64,000 nt of DNA from contig CP064958.1 in assembly GCA_016699085.1 (NCBI GenBank), positions 196,141-260,140 of the forward strand, read 5' to 3'. The stretch's first letter is position 1. Every line of letters starts with the position of its first letter. Shown here piece by piece: positions 46,951 to 56,700 of the stretch. Origin of the DNA: Candidatus Nomurabacteria bacterium. GTDB lineage: Bacteria > Patescibacteriota > Minisyncoccia > Phycocordibacterales > UBA9973. Made by a program: the position numbers and the translations under genes. The notes under the pieces are model-generated. The model saw nothing but the letters and a program-made list of their open reading frames with translations, searched no databases and was not told the origin of the DNA.

Positions 46951-47925
46951 TTAAGGATTAACAATATTCTCTGGAGTTCTGCCTTCAAAGAAGCTAATAA
47001 TATTGCGAGCTACAATTTCAGCCATCTGGTTTCGAGCCCCAATACTTGCGGAGGCGATATGTGGAGTCAGAATAATATTTTGTAATCTGAGAAGTCCCGG
47101 AACGGTTTTGGGTTCAAATTCGAAAACATCGAGAGCTGCACCGCTAATACTTTTTTCTCTCAAAGCCACCTCAAGAGCCTTCTCATCAATAATTGGACCA
47201 CGTGAAGTATTGATGAGAAAAGCAGATGGTTTCATAAGTCGAAGGCGTGCTTCATTTATCAGATGCCTTGTCGAATCAAGGAGTGGTACATGCAGACTCG
47301 TGACATCCGCCTGGGGTAAAAGCGTCTCAATTGTACTACAGTATGTCGCACCACATTCTTTTTCGATACGATCATTTCTAGCCACGTCAGTGTAGATAAT
47401 TTTCATACCAAGACCCTTAGCGTAATAAGCAACTCTCTCACCGATCCGACCGGCCCCAACAAGACCAAGTGTGCTCCCAAGAATGTCTGTACCGATAAAC
47501 TGCATCGGCGCCCAGCCTTTATACTTTCCTCGCCTGACAAACTCATCAGCTTCGACAATCCTCGCCGCAAGAGCAAGCATGAGAGCTATTGTGTGTTCTG
47601 CAACAGCTTCAGTGGAGAGAGGAGTGGGGGCATTTGTTACTGTTATTCCAAGTTTTTTTGCTTCTGTCACATCTATATTGTCGAAACCAGTAGCATAGTT
47701 GGCATATAGCTTTATATTTGGCACATGATGAAACACCTTTGCGTCTATACTGTCAGTCAAAAGGACGAGTACGGCATCATATGGTTTCTTTTTCAAAAAT
47801 GAAATGAGTTTTTTTTGAGAAAGTGGAGAATCGTTTGGATTGATATCCACCGTATATCCTTTTTGCTTCAGCATATTAATTCCAATATTAGGAATTTGTC
47901 GAGTTACAAAAATATTCTTTGACAT
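46951..47925 (-). CDS. D-isomer-specific 2-hydroxyacid dehydrogenase (glycerate dehydrogenase/hydroxypyruvate reductase-like)
   Basis: GLVGAGRIG NAD-binding loop and conserved catalytic R/E/H layout. Confidence 0.8.
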   Translation of the reverse strand: MSKNIFVTRQIPNIGINMLKQKGYTVDINPNDSPLSQKKLISFLKKKPYDAVLVLLTDSIDAKVFHHVPNIKLYANYATGFDNIDVTEAKKLGITVTNAPTPLSTEAVAEHTIALMLALAARIVEADEFVRRGKYKGWAPMQFIGTDILGSTLGLVGAGRIGERVAYYAKGLGMKIIYTDVARNDRIEKECGATYCSTIETLLPQADVTSLHVPLLDSTRHLINEARLRLMKPSAFLINTSRGPIIDEKALEVALREKSISGAALDVFEFEPKTVPGLLRLQNIILTPHIASASIGARNQMAEIVARNIISFFEGRTPENIVNP

Positions 47926-48012
47926 ACCTATATCTTAGCAGGTATCTACACAAATTGCTGACTTACACAAGGGAAGCTAGTAAATGGTATTGTGTTTTCC
48001 TAAAGAAACAAT

Positions 48013-48083
48013 CTGCACTGTTCAAATCTGAGCGCGAGTGAACCATTTCACTCGCTTATTCACCACTCGCCTTGCTCGTGGGT
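48013..48083. repeat. Repeat A copy 1 (71 bp, contains a 9-bp perfect inverted repeat; ends in GGGT)
   Basis: CTGCACTGTTCAAATCTGAGCGCGAGTGAACCATTTCACTCGCTTATTCACCACTCGCCTTGCTCGTGGGT. Identical except one base to 50021-50091. Confidence 0.85.
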
Positions 48084-48319
48084 CCTTCCAAATTAAAATT
48101 AAGAACCATATTCCGATAAAGCCAATAGTACCAGGGTTTAGGGTTTCCAGAAATGGCAAATCTAATGGTACCACAGGGACAATAGGCCGAATACTGTATT
48201 GGCATAGAGTTGAAAATGACCTGTATACCCTTTCGAATATTATGAAGGAGTATATGGGAAAGGTGCAGAAGAAGACTGATAAGACTGACTTCTTTTCACA
48301 GTTTGATGAACCTGTTTAG

Positions 48320-48468
48320 GATTGATGTCTGGGAAGCAAGATTTGCTGATGCTATCAAGCAGAAAGTAACTCTCGCTAAAGAATTAGGCCTTGCAGGCAT
48401 TTCTCTATTTAAAATAGATGGCAATGAAGATCCAAATATTTGGACTATGCTTTCTACTGCAAAGTAAA
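48320..48468 (+). pseudogene. Decayed duplicate of the 3' end of a GH18 gene (paralog of the 3' end of 42341-43555)
   Basis: Translates in frame to [48 protein letters not shown]. About 88% nucleotide identity to 43436-43555. No upstream ORF continuity. Confidence 0.7.
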
Positions 48469-48493
48469 TAGATTATATTTTTGTCGAATTTTT

Positions 48494-49873
48494 TCATATA
48501 TATTTCTCTATCAACTCACTCAATTTACCACTGGCAAGCATTACTCCAATTTCATCATCGATAAGATTTTTTAGTGAGAGATCGTCTTTCTTGAAAACAA
48601 AAGTGTTTTCATATATGCGAATAGGGTCGCTTGTTGCTTGAACCAATTTTTTCTGTTTTGTTTTTGTAAAAATTTCCATCAGATTAATTTCTGCAAATGT
48701 CATATCTCCCTTTCCGTCAGTAACAAACTGTAGTAACTCTTGCGGGTCTGAAAGCTGCGGCACAAACACTAGTCGTGCATTTGGAAAATCAGCTTTTGCG
48801 ATCGAATGAGATATATCGTTTTCTTTTACCACCACTCTCAATTCGGGGCTGTTCTTTAGTTTTTCATATTCAATGCCTGGCAATGTCCATGGATATGCAT
48901 TACTCGTGTATATAGATTTTGAAAAAGATGCTTTCTCCTTTCGTTCAGGCGTCGGCCAAACAGTACTTCCAAATAAGTCAAAACGATTATGGTCCAAACC
49001 ATCGATCACAACACCATATCCAGTTTCTTCACTCCACTTGATCTGCCATTCATGCTTCTTTGCTATAGCAGTAATAATCTCATAGAAAATACCCGAGAAA
49101 GTGTCGGTTTCGTGATTATAAAATAGTGCAGGTGGATAATTGGTGAAAGCTACACGTAGCGTCTTTGTCTTTTCTACGCGATCAAGAGCGGAAGTATAAC
49201 TTCCATTCTCATTATCTTCATCGCCCCACACAGAACGATACGTCTCCCAAGGATTTTCCATCAGCAGAAAATCGACACTATCTTTTGACTTTCCGTCGTA
49301 CTTTCCTGCGATATAGTTTTCATAGACCGGCCAGTTTTTGTGATAAATGTAGACCACTTTTTCAGCACCTAAAAACCCCGGCGCAAAATCAAGAAACGCG
49401 AATTCTGATAGTAAGTAGTGAACTGCTGTTTTTACCGCAACAGCTACATCTGCGATTTCTTTCTTCGATCCTGTAATAACACCTTTTGTGGTCTCATTCG
49501 CATCGTACTCAAACTGTTTGTTTGATTCGTATAGCTGTCGAATATACTCATAGGACTTTTTATAATTCTCATTTGGCTCTATTTCATTTTCCCAATCTAT
49601 GATTCTCACTTGGTCTTTTGTATATCCAAGTTGGACGACGGCTCGCTCAGTTCTATTCTTCAGGAGATTTCCTTGTGGCAGGGCCTTATCGCGCCGCGCG
49701 CGATTTTCAGGATATCCAAGGGCAATATAAGTCGAGATAGCGGGAATATCAGCGATCATAACAGCAACTTTTCCATAGCGGTCAATGGCCGTCTTGAGGA
49801 GGTATTTAATCTCTTCATCCTTGAAGTAGCTATTGCCGGGACTCATACCGATGATTGGATATATATTCTGCAT
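48494..49873 (-). CDS. Cyclodipeptide synthase (tRNA-dependent CDPS) fused to a C-terminal SBP_bac_3-like (type-2 periplasmic-binding-fold) domain
   Basis: N-half: IIGMSPGNSYFKDEEIKYLL (CDPS catalytic-Ser motif, as in GISPFNSRFS/ISAGNSYFS), NRTERAV, HYLLSEFAFL (Y-x3-E catalytic pair), YHKNWP. C-half: LRVAFTNYPP...GIFYEIITAIAK...ERKEKASFSKSIYTS aligns along its length with GlnH-type solute-binding proteins. No TM or signal segment. Confidence 0.7.
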   Translation of the reverse strand: MQNIYPIIGMSPGNSYFKDEEIKYLLKTAIDRYGKVAVMIADIPAISTYIALGYPENRARRDKALPQGNLLKNRTERAVVQLGYTKDQVRIIDWENEIEPNENYKKSYEYIRQLYESNKQFEYDANETTKGVITGSKKEIADVAVAVKTAVHYLLSEFAFLDFAPGFLGAEKVVYIYHKNWPVYENYIAGKYDGKSKDSVDFLLMENPWETYRSVWGDEDNENGSYTSALDRVEKTKTLRVAFTNYPPALFYNHETDTFSGIFYEIITAIAKKHEWQIKWSEETGYGVVIDGLDHNRFDLFGSTVWPTPERKEKASFSKSIYTSNAYPWTLPGIEYEKLKNSPELRVVVKENDISHSIAKADFPNARLVFVPQLSDPQELLQFVTDGKGDMTFAEINLMEIFTKTKQKKLVQATSDPIRIYENTFVFKKDDLSLKNLIDDEIGVMLASGKLSELIEKYI

Positions 49874-49925
49874 ATTTTTAATTCACGTTGTTTTAGTGAT
49901 TACTTAAACTCATTTAGTTTTGATT

Positions 49926-49995
49926 GGGTGCCTATCGGGATTTTCCCGCGACTCAAAGTTCGTCGCCACTCATTTTAGTCTAGATACCAGCTCGT
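49926..49995. repeat. Repeat B copy 2: exact 18-nt tRNA-His 3'-end copy plus conserved box
   Basis: GGGTGCCTATCGGGATTT is identical to the tRNA-His 3' end at 50088-50105. It is followed by the same box as at 44179-44229. Confidence 0.85.
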
Positions 49996-50020
49996 CATTT
50001 TTTCTGCTGAAAAAATATTA

Positions 50021-50091
50021 CTGCACTTTTCAAATCTGAGCGCGAGTGAACCATTTCACTCGCTTATTCACCACTCGCCTTGCTCGTGGGT
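50021..50091. repeat. Repeat A copy 2, abutting and overlapping the last 4 nt of tRNA-His
   Basis: Same 71-bp sequence as 48013-48083. Its final GGGT is the tRNA-His 3' terminus. Confidence 0.85.
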
Positions 50092-50161
50092 GCCTATCGG
50101 GATTTGAACCCGAACTGAGAGTTCCACAAACTCTAGTGCTAACCATTACACTATAGGCACC
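50088..50161 (-). tRNA. tRNA-His (GTG) with encoded G-1
   Basis: Minus-sense GGTGCCTATAGTGTAATGGTTAGCACTAGAGTTTGTGGAACTCTCAGTTCGGGTTCAAATCCCGATAGGCACCC. Cloverleaf fits with anticodon loop TTGTGGA. Confidence 0.85.
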
Positions 50162-50275
50162 ATATTACTTGTTTGTAATTCTTAGTTTTTCTCCTTATCC
50201 AAAAACTACAAACTAGTCCCTGTTATAGCAAAATTTGCCTGAAAAATCTAGCTTTTTGAAATTACTACTACGTTC

Positions 50276-50833
50276 TTAGCTATACGTTGGGACTTGTTCA
50301 CCTTTGTCTTCTATGTGATTAACTAATCGTGCCAAGGCATAGAGAACAGATGATAGCCGGTTAAGGTAACGAAGTGTTTCAGCGTCGACGAGATTGTTTT
50401 CTTCTTGATATGCCACAATGAGCCGCTCGAGACGCCTTGCTACCGTTCGAGTAACATCAAATCTCGCACCTGCTTCAGTTGCCCCGGGAATAAAAAAAGT
50501 TTTGATCGGCGGCAAAATATTTTCGATAGTTGTCGTAAGTGTTTCGAGGTGGACTATTTTTTCTGACTGGATCTTCATGTCTGCACCAGCGATTTCAGCT
50601 TGGATGATAAACATATCCTGCTGCAAATCCAAAACAGCATCAGACAGTAATTTCCCATCTGGCAATGCGTACTTTTTTTCATTAACTGAAGCTCTTGCAA
50701 GACCAAGAAACGAATTGAGCTCATCAAGTGTACCCAAGACTTCAAAGACGAGTGCACTTTTAGAAACTCGAACTCCCTTTTCAGTATTAAAAAGTTTGCT
50801 TGTTCCCTGATCACCTTTGCCTGTATAGAGCAT
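50276..50833 (-). CDS. ATP:cob(I)alamin adenosyltransferase, PduO-type
   Basis: MLYTGKGDQGTSKL...GTLDELNSFLGLA, matching the PduO/MMAB N-terminus. Confidence 0.7.
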   Translation of the reverse strand: MLYTGKGDQGTSKLFNTEKGVRVSKSALVFEVLGTLDELNSFLGLARASVNEKKYALPDGKLLSDAVLDLQQDMFIIQAEIAGADMKIQSEKIVHLETLTTTIENILPPIKTFFIPGATEAGARFDVTRTVARRLERLIVAYQEENNLVDAETLRYLNRLSSVLYALARLVNHIEDKGEQVPTYS

Positions 50834-50834
50834 A

Positions 50835-51833
50835 TTATTTTTTTGCTACGTAGATATAGTCATAGAGTTGACTACCAATGATCGCAAGCACGAGTAGCGT
50901 GAGATAGAAAACAATAAGCGTTGCAAATGAAAAAGACACATTACGAAGTGCCCCAAGTACAAACGTAAAGTACCACGTGGTGATCGATATAGCGCCGAGC
51001 GCATATGAGAGATGACGAAGCCTATGCAGCTCACCAGGCTTGTGCGGATGCGGTTCACCAAAGGTAATATGCACAAGCTTCGGTGCAATAATGATATTAA
51101 GGAGAAATCCGTTGACGATCAGTACTACTACCGCTATCATCTTGATCAAGAATTTCGAAGACTCGGCAAGTGTGTCTGCTTGTGGCAAATAAAGCCCAAC
51201 ACCACTTGCAACCAGTATACCTAGCGCACACCAAATGACATGTGAAAGCGTATTCATTATGTCTGATTCTTCTTCAGATATTCTATAGTCTCGTAAGAAC
51301 TTAAAGAAAAAGATATCAGTAATCGTTGCTGCACCAACACCTATCGCCATGCCGAACAAATGAAATATCGTTATGATTCGTTTGTGCTCAAGCAAAAACG
51401 GCGTGATATTGATCGGTATACTCGTCACCGTCAATAGAAAAATAACCGTACATAGGAATGCCGAGAAGAGACACCAGGTACACCACTGCTTGAGAACGAA
51501 AGCTTGAATAGATACTAAATACAGGGAGAACAAGAATGAAAAGAAAGAAATAACGAGCACCACGAACGAAAACCACCCTGGGGTACCATTCTTGTAAGCC
51601 AATAAGAAAAGGTGGGATACAGCAATGAGCGCATAGTAGGCAAGACCAAACAGTTCTACAGGCACGCCAAGAAATTTTGAGTAGTTACTATGAACGACAC
51701 TTTCGCAACTCGAACGAAGCGGACAGACGAGTGGCTGTTTAGCTTTCTTCTTGGTATGAATATAGAACGCTAAAATAAATCCGCAAAAGCCTGCCAATAT
51801 TAAGAAAAGTTGAGTTAGTGTCTCTGGTATCAT
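50835..51833 (-). CDS. Vitamin K epoxide reductase (VKOR) family membrane protein with extra C-terminal TM domain
   Basis: CPLRSSCESVVHSNYSKFLGVPVELFGLAYY loop Cys pair and CTWC redox motif. Confidence 0.7.
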   Translation of the reverse strand: MIPETLTQLFLILAGFCGFILAFYIHTKKKAKQPLVCPLRSSCESVVHSNYSKFLGVPVELFGLAYYALIAVSHLFLLAYKNGTPGWFSFVVLVISFFSFLFSLYLVSIQAFVLKQWCTWCLFSAFLCTVIFLLTVTSIPINITPFLLEHKRIITIFHLFGMAIGVGAATITDIFFFKFLRDYRISEEESDIMNTLSHVIWCALGILVASGVGLYLPQADTLAESSKFLIKMIAVVVLIVNGFLLNIIIAPKLVHITFGEPHPHKPGELHRLRHLSYALGAISITTWYFTFVLGALRNVSFSFATLIVFYLTLLVLAIIGSQLYDYIYVAKK

Positions 51834-52168
51834 ACACGATGCATACTATCATCAATCTTGGCAGCTACAATAAAATCATTTTCAGTGAGCTCACCGATTG
51901 AGTGCGTTGAGAGTGTCAAAGTAACTTTATTATATTCAATCATAATATCAGGATGGTGCCCTTCGCCTTCGGCAATATCAGCAACCATATCGACGAAATT
52001 CACCGCACCGATAAAGTCCTTGAACTCAAACATTCGAGATATACTTTTGCCATCTTTGGCAAGGGCCCAGTGGTGTACCTCATCGAGAAAATCCTGCAAA
52101 TCCGCCTGGGCAATACCCTTGGTTTTTTTGTCTTCACACGGTTTACATTTTTTTCGAGCGAGCTCCAT
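51830..52168 (-). CDS. Pterin-4a-carbinolamine dehydratase (PCD/DCoH)
   Basis: EGEGHHPDIMIEYNKVTLTLSTHSIGELTENDF. Confidence 0.8.
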   Translation of the reverse strand: MELARKKCKPCEDKKTKGIAQADLQDFLDEVHHWALAKDGKSISRMFEFKDFIGAVNFVDMVADIAEGEGHHPDIMIEYNKVTLTLSTHSIGELTENDFIVAAKIDDSMHRV

Positions 52169-52331
52169 ATTAATAGCTACCTGCTTCTACATTGGCAATA
52201 CTAACTTGAAGCGCAATTGCCTGAACATTACGAGTAAAAAATACGGCAAAGAGGATAAGCGCGATCCCCACGATGAGCAGTGTCCCACTACTAGCTTTTG
52301 ATTGAAATTGTTTCATATAAATACATGCTAA

Positions 52332-53087
52332 TTATAAAGTTGTAAAACTGAGTATATCACCATTTAAACGCTGATTGTTTTCAGGTTTGGGTGTTGCGTT
52401 AAAATCAAGCACTGCTTTGTAATAATATGTTGTATGTGGCTGCAAATTGATTAAAGGACTCGAAAACGGCCCAATAACCCGAAAGGAAATGCCTCCAGTT
52501 GAGGTAAAATTTAAACTTTCCTTTGAAGTGCCATATAAAAAATGAGGTAGATTTGCCGGAGGTATAGTATTGGCAGTATTTGTAATAATCCCATTTAAAA
52601 TTACTGACGTTTCTGTTACATTTGTTGCTGTCATGGTTGCGACTGAATAATTTTCAATTTTATTAGCTGTCTCTCTTCCTTCTTGCATTCTTTTTTCTCC
52701 ATAGCCTTGCCCATAGAGTCGCTGCTCTTCCTTTATGCTATTTTTATGTTGGATATAATCTACAAATGGTTGCCTGCACAAAACTAGAACAGGAACAATA
52801 AAGCTCACTACAAACATAATCGGAAAATAGGATAGCGTCGAATATTTTTTTATCGGCACAAGCCAAATAAGAAACAAAAGAATAGGTGGAGCAAAAATTA
52901 CAAAGATAAAAAAATATGCCAAATATGCCACTGGTACAATTGAAGGCGCAAAAGCTAAAGCAGAGAAAAAGAAAAGCAGAATAACAATAGACAAAATTTG
53001 TGCCAACGGAATCAAGAAAGTCCATTTACTAATAATTTTTCTCTTTTCAATGGGCTGACTATTTGCAACTTGATTTTCAATTTCCAT
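52332..53087 (-). CDS. Membrane protein with C-terminal extracytoplasmic domain, unknown function
   Basis: Three to four TM helices, then a beta-rich C-terminus. Confidence 0.35.
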   Translation of the reverse strand: MEIENQVANSQPIEKRKIISKWTFLIPLAQILSIVILLFFFSALAFAPSIVPVAYLAYFFIFVIFAPPILLFLIWLVPIKKYSTLSYFPIMFVVSFIVPVLVLCRQPFVDYIQHKNSIKEEQRLYGQGYGEKRMQEGRETANKIENYSVATMTATNVTETSVILNGIITNTANTIPPANLPHFLYGTSKESLNFTSTGGISFRVIGPFSSPLINLQPHTTYYYKAVLDFNATPKPENNQRLNGDILSFTTL

Positions 53088-53133
53088 AATAACAATAGTA
53101 TATCAATTTTCTTATATTTTTAAGAGAATATTG

Positions 53134-53217
53134 TGCGCGGGAGAAGATTTGAACTTCCATTCCCTTGCGGGAGCTACCACCTCAAGGTAGTGCGTCTACC
53201 AATTTCGCCACCCGCGC
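53134..53217 (-). tRNA. tRNA-Leu (GAG)
   Basis: Minus-sense GCGCGGGTGGCGAAATTGGTAGACGCACTACCTTGAGGTGGTAG...long variable arm...GTTCAAATCTTCTCCCGCGCA. Anticodon loop TTGAGGT. Confidence 0.85.
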
Positions 53218-53289
53218 ATGGACGTTACTATACAGAAAAGACTCTTTCTTTTCAACTAAAACAAAACATCCCGATATATGCGAGATGTT

Positions 53290-53685
53290 TTATACTGCTG
53301 TTTCGTCTTTTGTTTCTTCGTCAGTAATGTAGGTTTTGGCTGTCTTCATTTTACGGCGAATATCACGGACTGCTTTCTCACGGATATAGTAAAGCTTACT
53401 GCGTCGTGCTCGAGTCTTCTTGACGATCTCGATCTTGTCGATCATTGGAGAATAGAGGGGGAAAATACGTTCAACACCCACACCACTTGCAACTTTGCGG
53501 ACCGTAAAGGTTGCGCCAGCTTCATTGCCATGCTTCCTCGCGAGCACCATACCTTCAAATGCCTGGAGACGAAACTTGCCCTTATCGAGAATTTTTGACC
53601 AAACTTTGACCGTATCTCCAGACGAAAAAGCAAGCTTGGTTCGCTCGTCGACTGATACAGGAGTTTGATTTGCTTTGACCTTCAT
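53290..53685 (-). CDS. rplS: Ribosomal protein L19
   Basis: GDTVKVWSKI...RLQAFEGMVLARK...TFTVRKVASGVGVERIFPLYSPMIDKIEIV...RRSKLYYIR. Confidence 0.88.
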   Translation of the reverse strand: MKVKANQTPVSVDERTKLAFSSGDTVKVWSKILDKGKFRLQAFEGMVLARKHGNEAGATFTVRKVASGVGVERIFPLYSPMIDKIEIVKKTRARRSKLYYIREKAVRDIRRKMKTAKTYITDEETKDETAV

Positions 53686-53714
53686 AATGGGATTACCTTA
53701 CCATACTTACCTTT

Positions 53715-53752
53715 TTCCTGCAAGAATACAAAAACCCCTCTCCGTTAGGAAA
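53715..53752 (-). terminator. Rho-independent terminator after purL
   Basis: Minus-sense CCCCTTTCCTAACGGAGAGGGG followed by TTTTTGTATT. Confidence 0.55.
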
Positions 53753-53763
53753 GGGGTTAGCTC

Positions 53764-56700
53764 TTACATATGACTAACAAGCCACTGACGAGCATTTTCT
53801 ACTAATTTAATATATGGGCTTACTTTCATGCCTTTTGCGTACCCTTCTTTCCAGCTAAAATTAAGCATAGAAAGAGCACGTTCTGGGTGTGGCATAAGCC
53901 CAAGGAACCGTCCATCTTCAGAAACACAACCAGCAAAACCATATGGCGAACCATTAGGATTGTCTGGATACGTTTCAGTTAATTGACCATTATGATCAAC
54001 AAAGCGAATAGGCGATAATCCTTTGTCACGGAATTTCTCTGCACATTGCACATCTTTAAAGGTATACTTACCTTCACCATGAGCTACAGGAATCGGAAGC
54101 TTTGCGCCTTCAAAGCCAACAAGCCATGGTGAATTGCTTTTAAGAAAGCTCACCGTTGGTTCCCTTGCCTCAAATTTACCAGAGATATTATGCAGAAGTC
54201 TTGGTCGCTCATCCAATGGAATGCTCGGAAACATAAAGTGTAAATAACGATCAAGCAAAGAAAAAGCTTGATTACCATTACAAACCCCAAGCCCCATAAC
54301 ATCAAGACGAGCAAAATGTCTCGTAACTTCTGCAAATAAAACTGGATGCTCGACAATGCCAGCTACCCATCCAACCGCACTTCCAAAGACATCGCCAAAT
54401 GACCATCCTCCGACCCACGCTGTCATGCGAAAATCATCGAGAGTGGCCTGTTTGTTTCGAAGCATATCCATTGACACACTGTGTGGATGAAGTCCCCCTG
54501 CTTTGAGATATGCAGCCATCTCTGGCACACCATTACTTCCCTCTTCAAAAAGGATTGCGACTTTTGGATCAGTACCGTGTCGCTGCCTGCTATAACTAGT
54601 AAATGGCACAACATATGGCGTAGGTGATTTCTCCTTAGTAAGTACCTCAAATTCAGTCATTGCAAGTGCGGGTCCAATTTTACTTTTGTTAATCTCAGAA
54701 GAAGTCCGTTCAATCATTTGCAATAACTCAGTCGTCGTAAAACTTTCACTGCTTGCATTCTGATTAACGTACAGATTTGTGTCTTCACTGTCAGTTATGC
54801 AAATTGTATTGAATGAAACTCCATATATACGCACCTGTCTCTCAATCTCATCAAAAGATTCTTCAGTGTACTCCACAAGCATGCCTGGTGCTTCCGAGAA
54901 AGCGAACTTCAGGAATTCATTCTCTCGATTCGAATACGTCTGTCCTCCACTACAACCAGCAACCAGCATTTCAGTAAGTGCAATCAGAAGTCCGTCACCA
55001 ACCCGATCATGGCACGCAGTAATTAATTTGCGACGTTTCAGTTCCATCACAAAACGAAGTCCTTGCATAAATTGTTTCGGATCCACTTTTGGATATGTCT
55101 TACCGATCTCACCGTGGGCTTGAGCCAATGCTGAACCTGCAAGCGATATATCACCAGCTGCAAAATCCACCAATCCAATCATGCTTTTGCCAGGATTTTT
55201 AACATATGGGGTCATTGCACTTCGAACATCCGGGACAGCAGCGTATGCAACCATTGCAAGTGTATCGAGTGATTTCACAAACTCTTCCATCACTTTCGTC
55301 TTCATTTTAAGGGAATCTTTCCCTCCATTTATATGAAGACCACAAGCAATGAGAAACTCTGACACAATTTTCACTGATCGATACATTCTTTCATTCTCAT
55401 CAGGATCTCCGGTGGAATACATTTCATTTACCAGGAAAGCAATGTCAGATAATTCAAGTGACGACGGCGCTCCTGCTATCAAGTTTGAAAGCGCCTCAAC
55501 AATTGTCTGTATTGATCCACCTTCCGCATCAGCCAAAAGGGTGTTGGGTTTATACCCAATCCCTAGGCAAATGCCACTATAGTCATCAGGATGAACGCTC
55601 ATTTTAATAATTGCACAATCGTTCACCGTCATACCAAGTGGTCCACTAAATTGATGCTGCACCGTACGTCCGCCGACTGTCTGATCCATTTTGTTTACTA
55701 TCCATCGTTTCGATCCAACTGCTAGTTGGGCAAATGTTATTTCGAGCGCTTTCTTAAGCGATAGGTCACTTGGTGGAACAAATTCTCTTCTTGATTGATC
55801 AATGCGTGATGCAACAATTACTTTTTCCTCCGCACGATCAAATGCACTGAGTCGCATATCCATAAGCGTCTGACCAGTCACTCCATCTATCATTTTGATT
55901 CTCCCTGTATCAACAATTTCACCAAGTATTTCCGGAACGATGCCTGTCTGACGACCAAGGACATTGAGAGCATTAAGATTTTGCTTTTTGATGATAAGGA
56001 TGAATCGCTCCTGTGACTCACATAACCATTTCTGCGTATTCGACATGTCTGCACCCACATGTACTTTGCTTAGGTCTACTTCACCACCGACTGAACCAAT
56101 AGCTTCGAGAAGTGCATTGCAAATACCTGCAGCACCTTGATCATTTGCAAGATCAATTATTTGCTGACCAGAAACAATTCTTAAATTAACACAACTTACT
56201 ATCAAATCATGTACGTTTCTCGCCATGAGTGCATCACCCCGCTGAACCGAATTTTTATCCTTATCTTCCGATTGTGTTCCATGTGCGAGTGATGATGCCA
56301 GTCCCCCTCCAAAACCAATAGGATAAACTGGGCCACCAATACCTATAATAAGCATGCCGGGTTCTGGGTTTGATTTCTTGATATTGTCATGCGGCATAAT
56401 ACCGACACCACCAACATATACAACAGGCTTCAAATTTTCCCACCGTTTACCATCAGGAAGTATAAAAATACTTGATGACAAACTTCCAGCAATACCTGGT
56501 GTTCCATGTGGATTACCATAATCGCAAATACCATCTGATCCTTGTGACAGAATTGGGAACGGACGTGCACATGTTTTCGGATACACCAAATTTAAACCTT
56601 GGCCAGGAATTACATAGTCACCCAGATCTAGCGCACCAACTCCTAATATATTAAATGATCCAAAGAGAAATCCTCCTTGGCCATTGATATACACATCTCT

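Noticed and set aside
48038-48319. 93-aa ORF between repeat A and the GH18 fragment
   Set aside because: Its first 15 codons are encoded by repeat A itself (the same frame reads into tRNA-His at the other copy). It has no recognisable family and is likely non-coding or a decayed remnant. It is mentioned under the findings rather than called as a gene.
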